Below are positions 26,701-39,300 of a stretch of 64,000 bases of DNA, one piece after another. Both the position numbers and the translations under genes were made by a program. Within the stretch, counting starts at the first letter, position 1. Every line of letters begins with the position of its first letter. Where the stretch lies: NCBI RefSeq assembly GCF_964204645.1, contig NC_134033.1, forward strand, positions 11,664,655 through 11,728,654, given 5' to 3'. The DNA comes from Tubulanus polymorphus (Eukaryota > Animalia > Nemertea). The notes under the pieces were generated by a model. That model searched no databases, was not told the origin of the DNA, and saw nothing but the letters and a program-made list of their open reading frames with translations.

Positions 26701-29700
26701 TTTTTGATATCCGAATTTGGCCTCGAGTGACAGAAATCTGGAAAGATCGGTGTAATAGTACTACTAAGCCAGTGTTCAATACGTGAGGCTAATTCTAGGT
26801 GTTCAACTCATCCATTCAAGAACGTAGGTGTTAGGTACGGAAATACGATTAACTTACCTTCCCGGCACGACGCACTGGTTATCAGTGCCACGTAAGCAAC
26901 TCGCCGTCATCGGGTTGTCGTCAGGATAAAGTCCATTACAATTTCCACATAACCCGGTCAATCTACCGCCCAAATTGTTTGAACCTGATCTTCCACCGTA
27001 TCTTACATAGGCTCTGTACCCGCGGTAGAACTGCACTAAAACTCGACACTCCGACAGCAGCACGCTATAGCTTCCATAACATTTCGTGATCTTCATACCC
27101 GGGAGTGTGACGCAGCCGCATTGACGAACTCCGTTTATCTAAATGAAGGAATGACGACGATTAGTAGCCATTATACAAGACCAGATGTACATAGAGGAAA
27201 AAACTAGAAATACTGCAGCAAGTTCTGCAGATGTCACTTAAGATTTGACTCCAAAACATTGGAAAATCGTCAGTTTCTAATTAGAATAAAACCGAGAATT
27301 GAAGGATCGTTATAGCACCTTTACTTGCAATCGAAAAGCAAAATTTCATCAACAGAAAACTATGACTATTTGTTGTAAATTATAGATAGTAATAAAACCT
27401 CAAAAGTTCCTCAAGACCGATTGCAGAATATACATATATATCTTACCCAAAGATATTGGTGATTGAACTGAAGTTTGTATCCGTTGTATTCAACAATCGC
27501 ATATTTGACGTAAGCAATACGATAATACGGAAGGTTGCGGGAAGATATACGATATTTACAGGTTCCGTCAGCGTAACCGGCGTGCTCCGACAAAATATAT
27601 TCACAAGAAGAGCCTTGGAAACTGAATGGACGCCGATCCAACGATTTGTAATGAGGATCGCCGTAAACCGAACAGACACTATTGCACGGTCGTATAATAG
27701 GCACTGAAATAGAAAGACAATATTGTTTCATTTAGATTGGAAAGTGCTTTTAGGTTTATGAAACAATTTGGCTATGAAGTTCCAACATCCAGCCTCGGAA
27801 TAATTAGAGTCCTTAACTATTTATAAGTGAATGTTGATAATCAGCCCTTTCAACTTTTTACTAACCTTCGCAGCGATAGCCTCGAAATCGGGTTGGGCAC
27901 TGGCACACTGGTTGATCATTAACCGCTTGACAGATTCCATCATTTTTGCACGGATTTGGACTGCACGGGTTCACTGTAATTGTGGTGATGTTTAAGGTCA
28001 GTATTTGATAGTTTGATACGTACTACTTGAAGGTGAACATAAAGTTGTGCTTACCACAAATCGATGCGCAGGTACGAGACCTCCTATCAGTGGACACGGT
28101 ACACGTTTGTCGAGGTGGACACGGATTCTTAACGCATGGATCGGGTGGAAGAGTCACTGGTTGCATCACCGCTGTCGAAAGAAAATGTTTTCAAAATTTG
28201 TTCAGGTGGTTTTAGTGCATCCATGTCAAAAATGGAAAGTGCACTATTTACAAATAATGTACATTAGTGAACGACAATTAAGTATTTTCAAAGTAGAAAA
28301 GTGACAGTCTGTTTGTTGCTTACCATTCCGAAACAAGCCCGAACATGATTTAGTCATACACCTACCTTGAGTGCATGTCGTCCCGGTCCATTCAATGGTA
28401 CACGTGCATTCAGGAACTCTCTGCCTATTCCATGCGCACGTACCCCCATTTTGACAATAGTTTAAACAAGTTCCTGCAAACATTATTTAAATAGCCATTT
28501 TTACAATTAATCGTGTTTGGATAATTGAACAGTAATGGTTAAGAAACTTCAAATTGCTTCGCGGAGGTACAAAATAATTTCATGCTTTAGATACTTTAGT
28601 CATATCTATTTGCGTGTTTTTGAAGCATCTATCCACAATATTTTTTGATTCAGGCAATTGCCTCTTCTTTTGGAAAATTTGGTAAAAACATTGATGGCCA
28701 ATGTAATTGCCTACTTAAATCTACATACTGAACTCGCATATCGATCCTGTATAACCAGGAAAACATTCACAAGCAATTTGCTGGCCTCTTATGACTTCAC
28801 ATCCATTTTCACAATTCCCTTTGAACTCGCAAACTCGTGGTTTCACCGCTGTCGAAAGAAAATGTTTACAAAATTTATGCAAGTGGTTTTAGTGCGTCCA
28901 TCGGATAAAGTTAAAAGTGTGTACTATTTACAAGATATACATTAAAGGTGGGTCCGCTAGACTTTTCGAGTCCCATGGCCACAACTTTTCCAAAGGGAAA
29001 TTTCACGCGAGGGAAACAGTACAAATAGTACAAATGAGCAAAAAATGCACTGAATTCATTGTGTGTCAGTGCCTTCGTTGACCAAAATGGCAAACGTGCT
29101 CTCGACGAAAAAGCTAGGCGTTTTCGAAAAAATTAACGACAATTAAACATTTTCAAACTAGAGAGGTGACAATTCTGTTTGTCACTTACCATTCCGCAAC
29201 GAACACGAACGTGATTTACAAAAAATCCAATATTTGTCGTTAGTATGGTGTAGCCAAGGCCTATTCTACCGTAATTCTAATACGAGTCCATCAAATCCCC
29301 GAGAAAAACTTAGGGTTGCAGAGAGTATATGCAGTCAGTAATACACATACCTTGAGTGCATGTCGTCCCAGTCCATTCACTGGTACATGAGCATTCAGGA
29401 ACTCTCTTGTTATTCCATGCGCACGTACCCCCATTTTGACAATAGTTTAAACAAGTTTCTGCAAAAATTATTCAAAAAGCAGATTTAGCAATTAATCATT
29501 GGATAATTGAACAGTAAGGGTTAAGAACATTCAAATAGCGTTGCGGGGGAACAACACAAGTTTATTCTTTAGATACATTAGTCATATCTATTTGCACAAT
29601 ATTTTTTGATTTAGGAAATTCCCTCTTCTTTTGGAATATCTTGTAAAGATCGTTGATGGCCTTTCCTTCTTAACTATACATACTGTACTCGCATATCGAT

Positions 29701-30316
29701 CCTGTATAACCAGGAAAACATTCACAAGCAATTTGCTGGCCTTGTATGACTTCACAACCATTTTCACAATTGCCTTTGAACTTGCAATCTGGAGCTGCTA
29801 CGAAAATACATTTACATATCGTTATCATTTAATGTATCATCCGTTCAACCATTTATCTTATAAAATGTATACTAACCGCTCATTGCGCATGTCACAGCAA
29901 AACACAGAATAATGAAAACGTAACCTGCAATAATAAAGATGTTTTCCAATAAAGCATTGCCGTGCTGGGATCGAAACCTGATTGCATCGAGATGGGACAC
30001 ACGGCTCTAACGGGCACACCCAATCAGATTTTATATTTGAGAAGTTATTTCTAACCGTTTTATCGTGAAATATCATATTCGAATATCCTATGGGATAACT
30101 TGGTGATCGTTCAGTCTGTCATCGGGTTCCAATGTTACAAACAAAATAACCCGATGCGAGAACCGATGATATATTCACATCATTATCTATCCTAGCAAAA
30201 CACTTCGAACTATCTTTTAGTTCGAACTGCAAAGCCATATATTCGATGAAAGAGATTATTCCGAATACGGATTTCTTCGTCGTTCCTGTTACATAACTGA
30301 ACTTACCTAACATCAT
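23735..30316 (-). CDS. Mucin/zonadhesin-like secreted protein, copy B (987 aa; extra EGF pair; 20 PTS heptads, mostly PQSSETT)
   Basis: 17 exons: 30316-30307, 29924-29877, 29797-29684, 29458-29351, 28848-28729, 28473-28366, 28171-28055, 27973-27866, 27703-27447, 27138-26858, 26602-26561, 26279-26014, 25885-25712, 25611-25504, 25405-25289, 24976-24249, 23992-23735. Phases match copy A. A minus-strand AATAAA at 23418-23423 is conserved downstream of copies C, D and E. Confidence 0.9.
24520..24960 (-). repeat. Coding 21-bp tandem repeat (PQSSETT) in the PTS exon of copy B
   Basis: Plus-strand unit TGTGGTGTGGTCTCTGACGAT, about 20 copies. Confidence 0.95.
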
Positions 30317-31341
30317 GTTGGCCGATTCAGTCGTCTGTGGTTTCTATGCTATAAGCATAGTGAGATATTTGGTCATATTTAAAGGGACATTACTTACGTG
30401 AGGCACGCCTTCTAATTGGTTATGCAGTAAATTGAGTATCCTTCAAATCTAATAAAATTCTCCGAAGTGCTTCGAACAAGGTCGAATAAATCGTACAGGA
30501 TCTACAATCACAAGCACATGTTACGAGATCGAAGATTTATTAATCTCTTTTTACAATTGTAATTGAAAATCGTGAGTATCACTTCCATTTAATATATTGA
30601 ATGTAAATTAGAATTCTCGTCTTCCAGACTTGTTGAGGATTGTGTCGATAAATTGATTTCAATTTCAATTCAGTTTGAAACACAAACTCCGTATATCTTT
30701 CATGCATTAGAGCGCCTTCGTTATGAACTCAATAGTTTTAGGTTCCTCTTGTCTTTCAAAGTCGGTATTGCCGCAATGATAACACGTGACGCAGTCATTT
30801 CAACGCGATACAAATATAAACGAGTTTTTAGTTTTGCTGATTTGCAACGACTGATTCATCGTTGGCTAAAGCTTAATCAATCGCTGATCTATCTTCGATG
30901 GCTTTTAGATTGATAAAAATCGTTTCTCATGTATGTACATATATTCATATCATGAAGCGAATTGTCCAATAATACCCTCTTACCGAAGTGATACGTATGT
31001 CGACCGCTTGAAAATTAAATATATTTCGTTCAGATAAGGTTGGTAATGTTTAGTTAATCAAACAGCTGGATGTTGAAAGGAGAAACTAATGAAATGAAAA
31101 ATATTTCATTTGAATAAGATATTAATATTTCAATCGCTTTTAAACTTGAATATTGATATATGCGATATTACGAGGCGTATGTTTGACAGTGAATGTAAGT
31201 GAAATGCGGAGATGAGAGAAAGCCCGATCCCAACCGACCTACTCTGTTGATCTGACTGAATAGTATACAAATCATAAGAAAAATAATAAGCCATTCGATA
31301 GGGTTAGGGTTTTGTTTATAGGAATTTCATTTATTTGACAA

Positions 31342-31575
31342 CTATGACTGGTATATTCCCGACAAAATCATGTACGATACGAAATTATGTACGGCTGGGT
31401 CGAAATTCTTTGCTAAGTTGTTCGCCATCCTATCTTTAATCCAGTCTACGAATTGAATGACATCGGTGAAGACGCCCGGGCTTCTAGCTTGAGCACATCC
31501 GTATCCCCATGACACGATTCCATTGAGTTGATAACGTCCGTTCACTTCGCAGACGAACGGTCCACCGCTGTCACC
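31342..31575 (-). pseudogene. Orphan terminal exon of a trypsin-family (S1) serine protease
   Basis: acag|[53 protein letters not shown]. The stop seen at 23110 (TAA) is TTA here. I found no upstream protease exons before the stop of copy C at 33319. Confidence 0.85.
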
Positions 31576-33318
31576 CTGTCAGTTACAAATACACAAACAA
31601 ATACGTTGTAATCTACTAAATGCAGCGAGGGTACAGTTAGTTTTATCGACTGCATAAATTCTAAGCCAATGGACGAATGTGAACAAAGATTTGTTCATCT
31701 GCCATATTATTTCATGAAATTATCAGACAGTGAGATCAGAATATGTTTTCCCCTGCTGAGAAGTGAGTGCTATTCTATACGGCAATTGAGGACCCGTTAC
31801 GAACACCTGACTGTGTGAATTCAGTCTGCCATACCTAATTTGACATAGGATTAATATATGGCCAGGCGTGAATAATTGTTGATTTGATCGTAGATTAATA
31901 CATTGATTGAATTCTAGTGTTGCCTGTGACCCTACCATACATAAATCGTGATGGTCACTCTTGAAGTGATCGCATAGGAGTCGGACAACCCCGTAATAAT
32001 AACGAATGGCACGAATGCACTTTCAGTCGTTATCTGTCAAGAATCGTGGCCTCCAAGACCTTTTTCTAATAACTTGGTTCACGGGAACAGCATCGAGGAA
32101 AAGTAAAAAAAAAAACGTTTTTTTATGCCATATTCCCGTCCGTAAATTCAGTGAAAAAATCAGGAAAAAAAATTCTCCTCCTCCGCTGAATGAGAATCCT
32201 GGTTTGAATGATGAATAAATTGAAAACGTAAGGTTCGTTTTTGATCGCAGTGTGCAGAACTAGAAATTTCAAAGAATCTTTTGTTTGGGCATATGAATAT
32301 TGCCCTATCGACAGTTTCCTCTTCCTTCAAAACGTGATTAAATCTCACTGAGGGAATTTAATTTCCTCCTCCGAAATGATATTTCAATATGTCTACAAAA
32401 CTATTAAAAAGGCCCTTTGTCGTACCCAGCCCAAATCATGTACTGAGTAATCCTGTCCCTGATTTCTTTTCAATCTCTGGACTTGTCAATGTGAACGGAA
32501 CAGGAAGCAGAAAACCCGTTATCGCTGCTATTTCGCAGTTGTATTTTGTTGTTATGTTTCCATCACTGTCGGTCAAATAGACAAGATCGACTCTCAAACT
32601 TCTCTTCGATAATCCTAACTGTTATAATTGTTCCTAAATCCCTCGCATTGCTTTTTTCTTCTGGCTTTTGCGTTGCCCCGAATATCTCTTAACCTATAAA
32701 TCTAATCGCCTACCTCAAACGTGTGTATTATTCTATGCAAATGAAACCATACGGCATCAGGGGGGGGGGCATTATTTATTCCTCAATTACTTCCGCAAGT
32801 TAATAATATTGCAGAATATTTGGATTGGGAACGCCATAAGATAAGATAATTTTCAGCACGCTTTGAATTGTGTCATAAATAGAGTATATATTGCAACGCA
32901 TTACTTTTGTGTCTCGCGCGCGATACCAGTAATTTCCTTCGGTTTCTAGATGTGGGTCGTCAATAGTTTGATATCAAACGAGGAATAGAACAATCGAAAA
33001 CACAGGACAAGAAACAATATTGGCAGAAACAGAATTTTATTGGTGATTTGAACCTCGGGTAAATGATTCTTAAATCTTGCAGGATTCGAAATAAAGTTTA
33101 ACGTTATCAGAATACAGCTTAAATTCCCGTGTTGAAGATTTCAATTTTCTACTTCGTGTCACCGACACTTACTAAATGAGAAAGGAGATTCCTTTACAAT
33201 AAAGGCAAATAATATATATATACACTTCGTCTGGGATGATTCAGACAAATCGATTAACTTTGACCGATCGTTTGCGGATAGATTTGTTGGATTCCTTGAA
33301 GATGAACAGCTCACCTGT

Positions 33319-36300
33319 TTACCCCAAGTCGACGTTAAAGGCGTATCGTCGATACTTGCGTGTCTTAGTTTTTGTCCTCAGTTCTGTACCAGCGACAAGA
33401 TTGTATTTAGTGGCGTATTTCCCGTATCTGATATATTCGAAGGCCGTGTACCCTGGTGGTTTCTTGTTGACTGATAGATCATAAGTTAAAACCTTCGAAT
33501 TATCGACTGTTGTGAATACACCCAGGAAATCTCCTTTCTTGACTGCAATGCGCTGATCTACCGGTACATCAACCTGTTACAATGAGTAAATTCATCTGCT
33601 ATGATAAAGTTTAATTCAAACACATCGTGACCGTGAAGTCCGTGACCGGGTATTACTTATTTAATCACCATGATAGATATGATCAGTCTCTCTCGATTTT
33701 AATGATTGGTTCAAAAAACTGAGAGCTGAGAAAACTGTCGTGTCAACGCATATTTAGGTGAAATGGACTAGAATTAAAAAGAACAAACAAAATTACCGAA
33801 ACGTTTCCTGTTTTCGCGCCGCTTAGAACCTGGAACCCGATAATTTTGAAAGTGTGGCTACCAGTTTTTCTGAAAACTGCGCCGTTCACATCCCTGCCGT
33901 TGCCGGTCGAATAGTAGTTCCAACGAATAATGGACGAATCACACGGTATTTTGTTATCGAGAAGAACCACTAATGAGTTCTTGTGTTTCCGACTGCCTCT
34001 AGTCATGCTCTTTCCTCCAACTTTTACATTACACGTTGATGGTGGTGGTGTCGGTGCAGGTGTCGGTGCAGGTGTTGGTGGTGTGGTCGTTGACGCTTTT
34101 GGTGTGGTCGTTGAAGCATGTGGTGTGGTCGTTGAAGCATGTGGTGTGGTCGTTGAAGCATGTGGTGTGGTCGTTGACGATGGTGGTGTGGTCGTTGACG
34201 ATGGTGGCGTGGTCGTTGACGATTGTGGCGTGGTCGTTGACGATTGCGGCGTGGTCGTTGACGATTGCGGCGTGGTCGTTGACGCTTGTGGTGTGGTCGT
34301 TGACGCTTTTGGTGTGGTCGTTGAAGCATGTGGTGTGGTCGTTGAAGCATGTGGTGTGGTCGTTGACGATGGTGGTGTGGTCGTTGACGATTGTGGCGTG
34401 GTCGTTGACGATGGTGGTGTGGTCGTTGACGATTGTGGCGTGGTCGTTGACGATTGCGGCGTGGTCGATGACGCTTGTGGTGAGGTCGTTGACGATTGCG
34501 GTGTGGTCGTTGACGATTGTGGTGAGGTCGTTGAGGGTTGTGGTGTGGTCGTTGACGATTGTGGTGAGGTCGTTGACGATTGTGGTGAGGTCGTTGACGA
34601 TTGTGGTGTGGTCGTTAACGATTGTGGTGAGGTCGTTGACGATTGTGGTGTGGTCGTTGACGCTTGTGGTGAGGTCGTAGACGATTGTGGTGTGGTCGTT
34701 GACGCTTGTGGTGAGGTCGTTGACGATTGTGGTGAGGTCGTTGACGATTGTGGTGTGGTCGTTAACGATTGTGGTGAGGTCGTTGACGATGGTGGTTTGG
34801 TCGTTGACGCTTGTGGTGAGGTCGTTGACGATTGTGGTGAGGTCGTTGACGATTGTGGTGAGGTCGTTGACGATTGTGGTGTGGTCGTTGACGCTTGTGG
34901 TGAGGTCGATGACGGTTGTGGTGTGGTCGTTGACGATGGTGGTGAGGTCGTTGACGCTTTTAATGAGGTCGTTGACGATTGTGGTGTGGTCGTTGACGCC
35001 TTTGGCGTGGTCGTTGACGATGGTGGTGTGGTTGTTGACAATTGTGGTGTGGTCGTTGAGGATTGTGGTGTCTTAGCCGATGCATCCATCGCTAACCCAA
35101 CGAAAACAATAGAATTAAATTCAATTGACAAATTTTTTTTATCAATAACAAATTTTGTGATCATCAATGATGGTGGTGTGGTCGCTAACGCTTGAGGTTT
35201 GGTCTCAAACAATTGAGGTGTGGTCTCTGACGATTGTGGTGTGGTCGTTGACGATTGTTGTGTGGTCGTTGATGATTGTGGTGTGGAAGTTGACGATTGT
35301 GGAGTAGTCATTGGCGATTGTGGAGTGGTCGTTGACGATTGTGGTGTGGTCGTTGTTGATTGGGGTGTGGTCCTTGACGATTGGGGTGTGGTCGTTGACG
35401 ATTGTGGTGAGGTCGTTGACGATGGTGGTGTGGTCTTTGAGGATTGCGGCGTGGTCCTTGACGATTCGGGTGTGGTCGTTGACGATTGGGGTGTGGTCGT
35501 TGACGATTGTGGTGTAGTCGTTGACGATTGTGGCGTGGTCGTTGACGATTGTGGCGTGGTCGTTGACGATTGTGGTGTAGTCGTTGACGATTGGGGTGTG
35601 GTCGTTGACGATTGTGGTGTAGTCGTTGACGATTGTGGCGTGGTCCTTGACGATTGGGGTGTGGTCGTTGACGATTGTGGTGTAGTCGTTGACGATTGTG
35701 GTGTGGTTGTTGACGATTGTGGTGTGGTCTCTGACGATTTTGGTGTGGTCGTTGACGATTGGGGTGTGGTCGTTGACGATTGTGGTGTGGTCTCTGATGA
35801 TTGCGGTGTGGTAGTTGACGATTGTGGCGTGGTCGTTGACGATTGTGGTGTAGTCGTTGACGATTTTGGTGTGGTCTCTGATGATTGTGGAGTAGTCGTT
35901 GACGATTTTGGTGTGGTAGCCGTTGCATCTATCGCTAAGACAACGAAAAATACAGAATATAATTCAATTAGTCTCAATGAGTGTTTTGCACTGACGTCAC
36001 GGCCCGTGGCTGCAGCTGTAAGTTATTATTAAATGTACTTCATTTAGCCGCTTGTGCTTGGTGTCAAATGCGGATACTGCGACATCTCACGCAAGATCTA
36101 CCCAAGACAGACAACAGTCAAACGATGGAAGATGACGGGTAGTTTGAATTAGATATTAAAATTCATGCGTTCGAAATTCCCTACATTCAATGGTTCAGAA
36201 AAGACTTAGACAAAATACATGACTTCTCGTGGCCAACGATGACTTTCTTACCGAATTTGCAGATCGGTCCAGAGAATGAATCGGTGCAGGCGCAGTCGGC

Positions 36301-39300
36301 TTCTCCTAACTCGTTCTTGGAGCACGTTCCTCCATTTTGACATGGATTCGGGTCACACGGGTCACCGACTGAAATGATAAATGCAGGACGCCATTATAAC
36401 TCAGAGACTCGCAATATGCGATTTACGATAAGCAATATGCGATATTTGAGACCTGACATCACTTACCTATTTCACAAAGATCCCCTGAGAAATTAGGAGG
36501 GCAGTCACACACAGGTTTACCGTAAACAGAGTAACATTCACCACCGTTTGAACAGTTCGTATTGGCGCAAATATCTACAACGAAATGTAATCAACTGCAA
36601 CAATTGATTCTTCATGAATTTGATTGGAAATTAGCACAGAGCTGAAATGATAGTAAAATAAAGGTTCAACCTACCGCAATCAGCCACCGGGATGCATCTC
36701 GACGCGGTGTAAATAAAACCGGCATCGCATTCACATCCGGCAGAGTTTGGTAAATCACAATTTGCTGCATCGACGGTTCGTTGTTCACATGTTGGTTGAC
36801 AACCGGACATTTTTCTGTTAAAAGCACTGTTTGCGGGACAATTTGGCACTAAAACGAAGGTATATCAGCGCTACTTAGATATTATCCATGATTGTGCATT
36901 ATATTCAATGCTACTGAAAAGGGATTTCACTTTTCATTTGGTTTTCAATTTATCCATATAAGCTACATAACATAACTTATCTTACAGCACAAATCCGCCG
37001 TTCTCCACGCGGTCACTGTATGTCCAGCCTCTTCGCACGCGGTCTCTGCCTCAGAAAGCGACGAACAAATGGTTTCCATGTCACCTCTCATCGCCGCTCC
37101 GTCAAATACACAGTTGTCGAAAGTCGTGGTTATAGTGGTATCATTAGCACCTATACATTCACTGAATGGACCGTCAGCTTTATTCAACAGACCGCAGAAA
37201 TTATCAGCACCGTATTTCGTCTTATCGGCTTCCGTTGGTACGAATGGCTCACTTGAAACAGACGAAAATATCAACTTCAATGGAAAATATTTACGGCAAC
37301 TTTACTAGAAACTCGATCAGAATTACTCGATACAAACGTGAAATCTAAGACAGTATGTACAAGGTACGAAATGCAAGATGATCAAATAGAAATTTCCGTT
37401 AACCTCCGGCAAAATTCACATCCTTGGCGCGTGGGATTTGAATAATGATCGTAGACGTTCAGTGAATGTGGTTTCTTTTGCCCTTGATGTATTTTGACAT
37501 AATTTGTTCTAGTTTTTGTATGATACTTACGCTGGAGCTTGTCGCTTACGTCTTCCGGCCCTCCCAACACAGCTGTAAAAAGATCAAATATTTCAAAGAA
37601 ACCGAGCATGGAACTTACTGATTTACTTCACCTAATCTGGACATGATTCTCTATTTCTCGGAAAAGACATTGCATACATTTTTGATAAACCTACCTTCCC
37701 GGTACGACGCACTGGTTATCGATGCCAAGTAAGCAACTCGCCGTCGCTGGATTGTCGTCAGCATAATTTCCATTACAATTTCCGCATAACCCGGTCAATC
37801 TACCGCCCAAATTGTTTGAACCTGATCTTCCACCGTATCTTACATAGAGCTTGTACCCGTAGACGTATTGCACTAAGACTCCACAGTTTAACAACTGCAC
37901 GCTATAGCTTCCATAACATTTCGTGATCATTATTCCCGGGAGTGTGACGCAGCCGCATTGACGAACTCCGTTTATCTAAATGATGGAATGACGACGATCT
38001 GTAGCCATTATACCAGACCAGATGTACATAGAGGAAAAAACTAGAAACACTGCAGCAAGTTCTGCAGATGTCACTTAAGATTTGACTCCAAAACATTGGC
38101 AAATCGTCAATTTCTAATTAGAATAAAACCAAGAATTGAAGGATCGTTATAGCACCTTTACTTGCAATCGAAAAGCAAAATTTCATCAACAGAAAATTAT
38201 AACTATTTGTTGTAAATTATAGATAATAATAAAACCTCAAAAGTTCCTCAAGACCGATTGCAGAATATACATATATATCTTACCCACAGATATTGGTGAT
38301 TGAACTGAAGTTTGTATCCGTTGTATTCAACAATCGCATATTTGACGTAAGCAATACGATAATACGGAAGGTTGCGGGAAGATATACGATATTTACAGGT
38401 TCCGTCAGCGTAACCGGCGTGCTCCGACAAAATGTATTTACAAGAAGATCCTTGGAAACTGAATGGACGCTGATCCAAAGATTTGTAATGAGGATCGCCA
38501 TAAACCGAACAGACACTATTGCACGGCCGTATAATAGGCACTGAAAGACGATATTGTTTCATTCAGATTGAAAAGTACATTTATGTTTGTGAAACAATTT
38601 GGCTGGGTACCAAAGTCCCAACCTCCAGCCTCGGAATAAATTAAAGTCATTATTTGTTTATAAGTGAACGGTAGATAATCAGCCCTTTCAACTTTTTAAC
38701 TAACCTTCGCAGCGATACCCTCGAAATCTGGTTGGGCACTGGCACACTGGTTGATCATTAACCACTTGACAAATTGCATCGTTTTTGCACGGATTTGGAC
38801 TGCACGGGTTCACTGTAATTGTGGTGATGTTTAAGGTCAGTATTTGATAGTTTGATACGTACTACTTGAAGGTGAACATAAAGTTGTTCTTACCACAAAT
38901 CGACGCGCAGGTACGAGACCTCCTATCAGTGGACACGGTACACTTTTTTCCAGGTGGACACGGATTCTTAACACATGGATCTGGTGGAAGAGTCACTGGT
39001 TGCATCACCGCTGTCGAAAGAAAATGTTTACAAAATATGTTCAGGTGGTTTAAGTGCATCCATGTGAAAAAATGGAAAGTGCACTATTTACAAAATGTAC
39101 ATTAAAGTGAACGACAATTAAGTATTAAGTAATCTGTTTGTTTGTCGCTTACCATTCCGAAACAAGCCCGAACATGATGTAGCTATACACCTACCTTGAG
39201 TGCATGTCGTCCCAGTCCATTCACTGGTACACGTGCATTCAGGAATTCTCTGCCTATTCCATGCGCACGTACCCCCATTTTGACAATAGTTTAAACAAGT

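Noticed and set aside
31342-31575. Protease exon as an alternative last exon of copy C (phase-0 acceptor compatible with the donor at 33797)
   Set aside because: It would add only the last third of a protease fold, the original stop is lost, and the equivalent exons next to other copies are clearly decayed.
33930-36032. Long plus-strand ORFs (VVDDCG, VVWSLT) and alternative-frame HHNRQRP ORFs, also at 24488-25032
   Set aside because: They are antisense or shifted readings of the PTS repeat. Only the PQSSTTT frame joins the flanking exons in phase.
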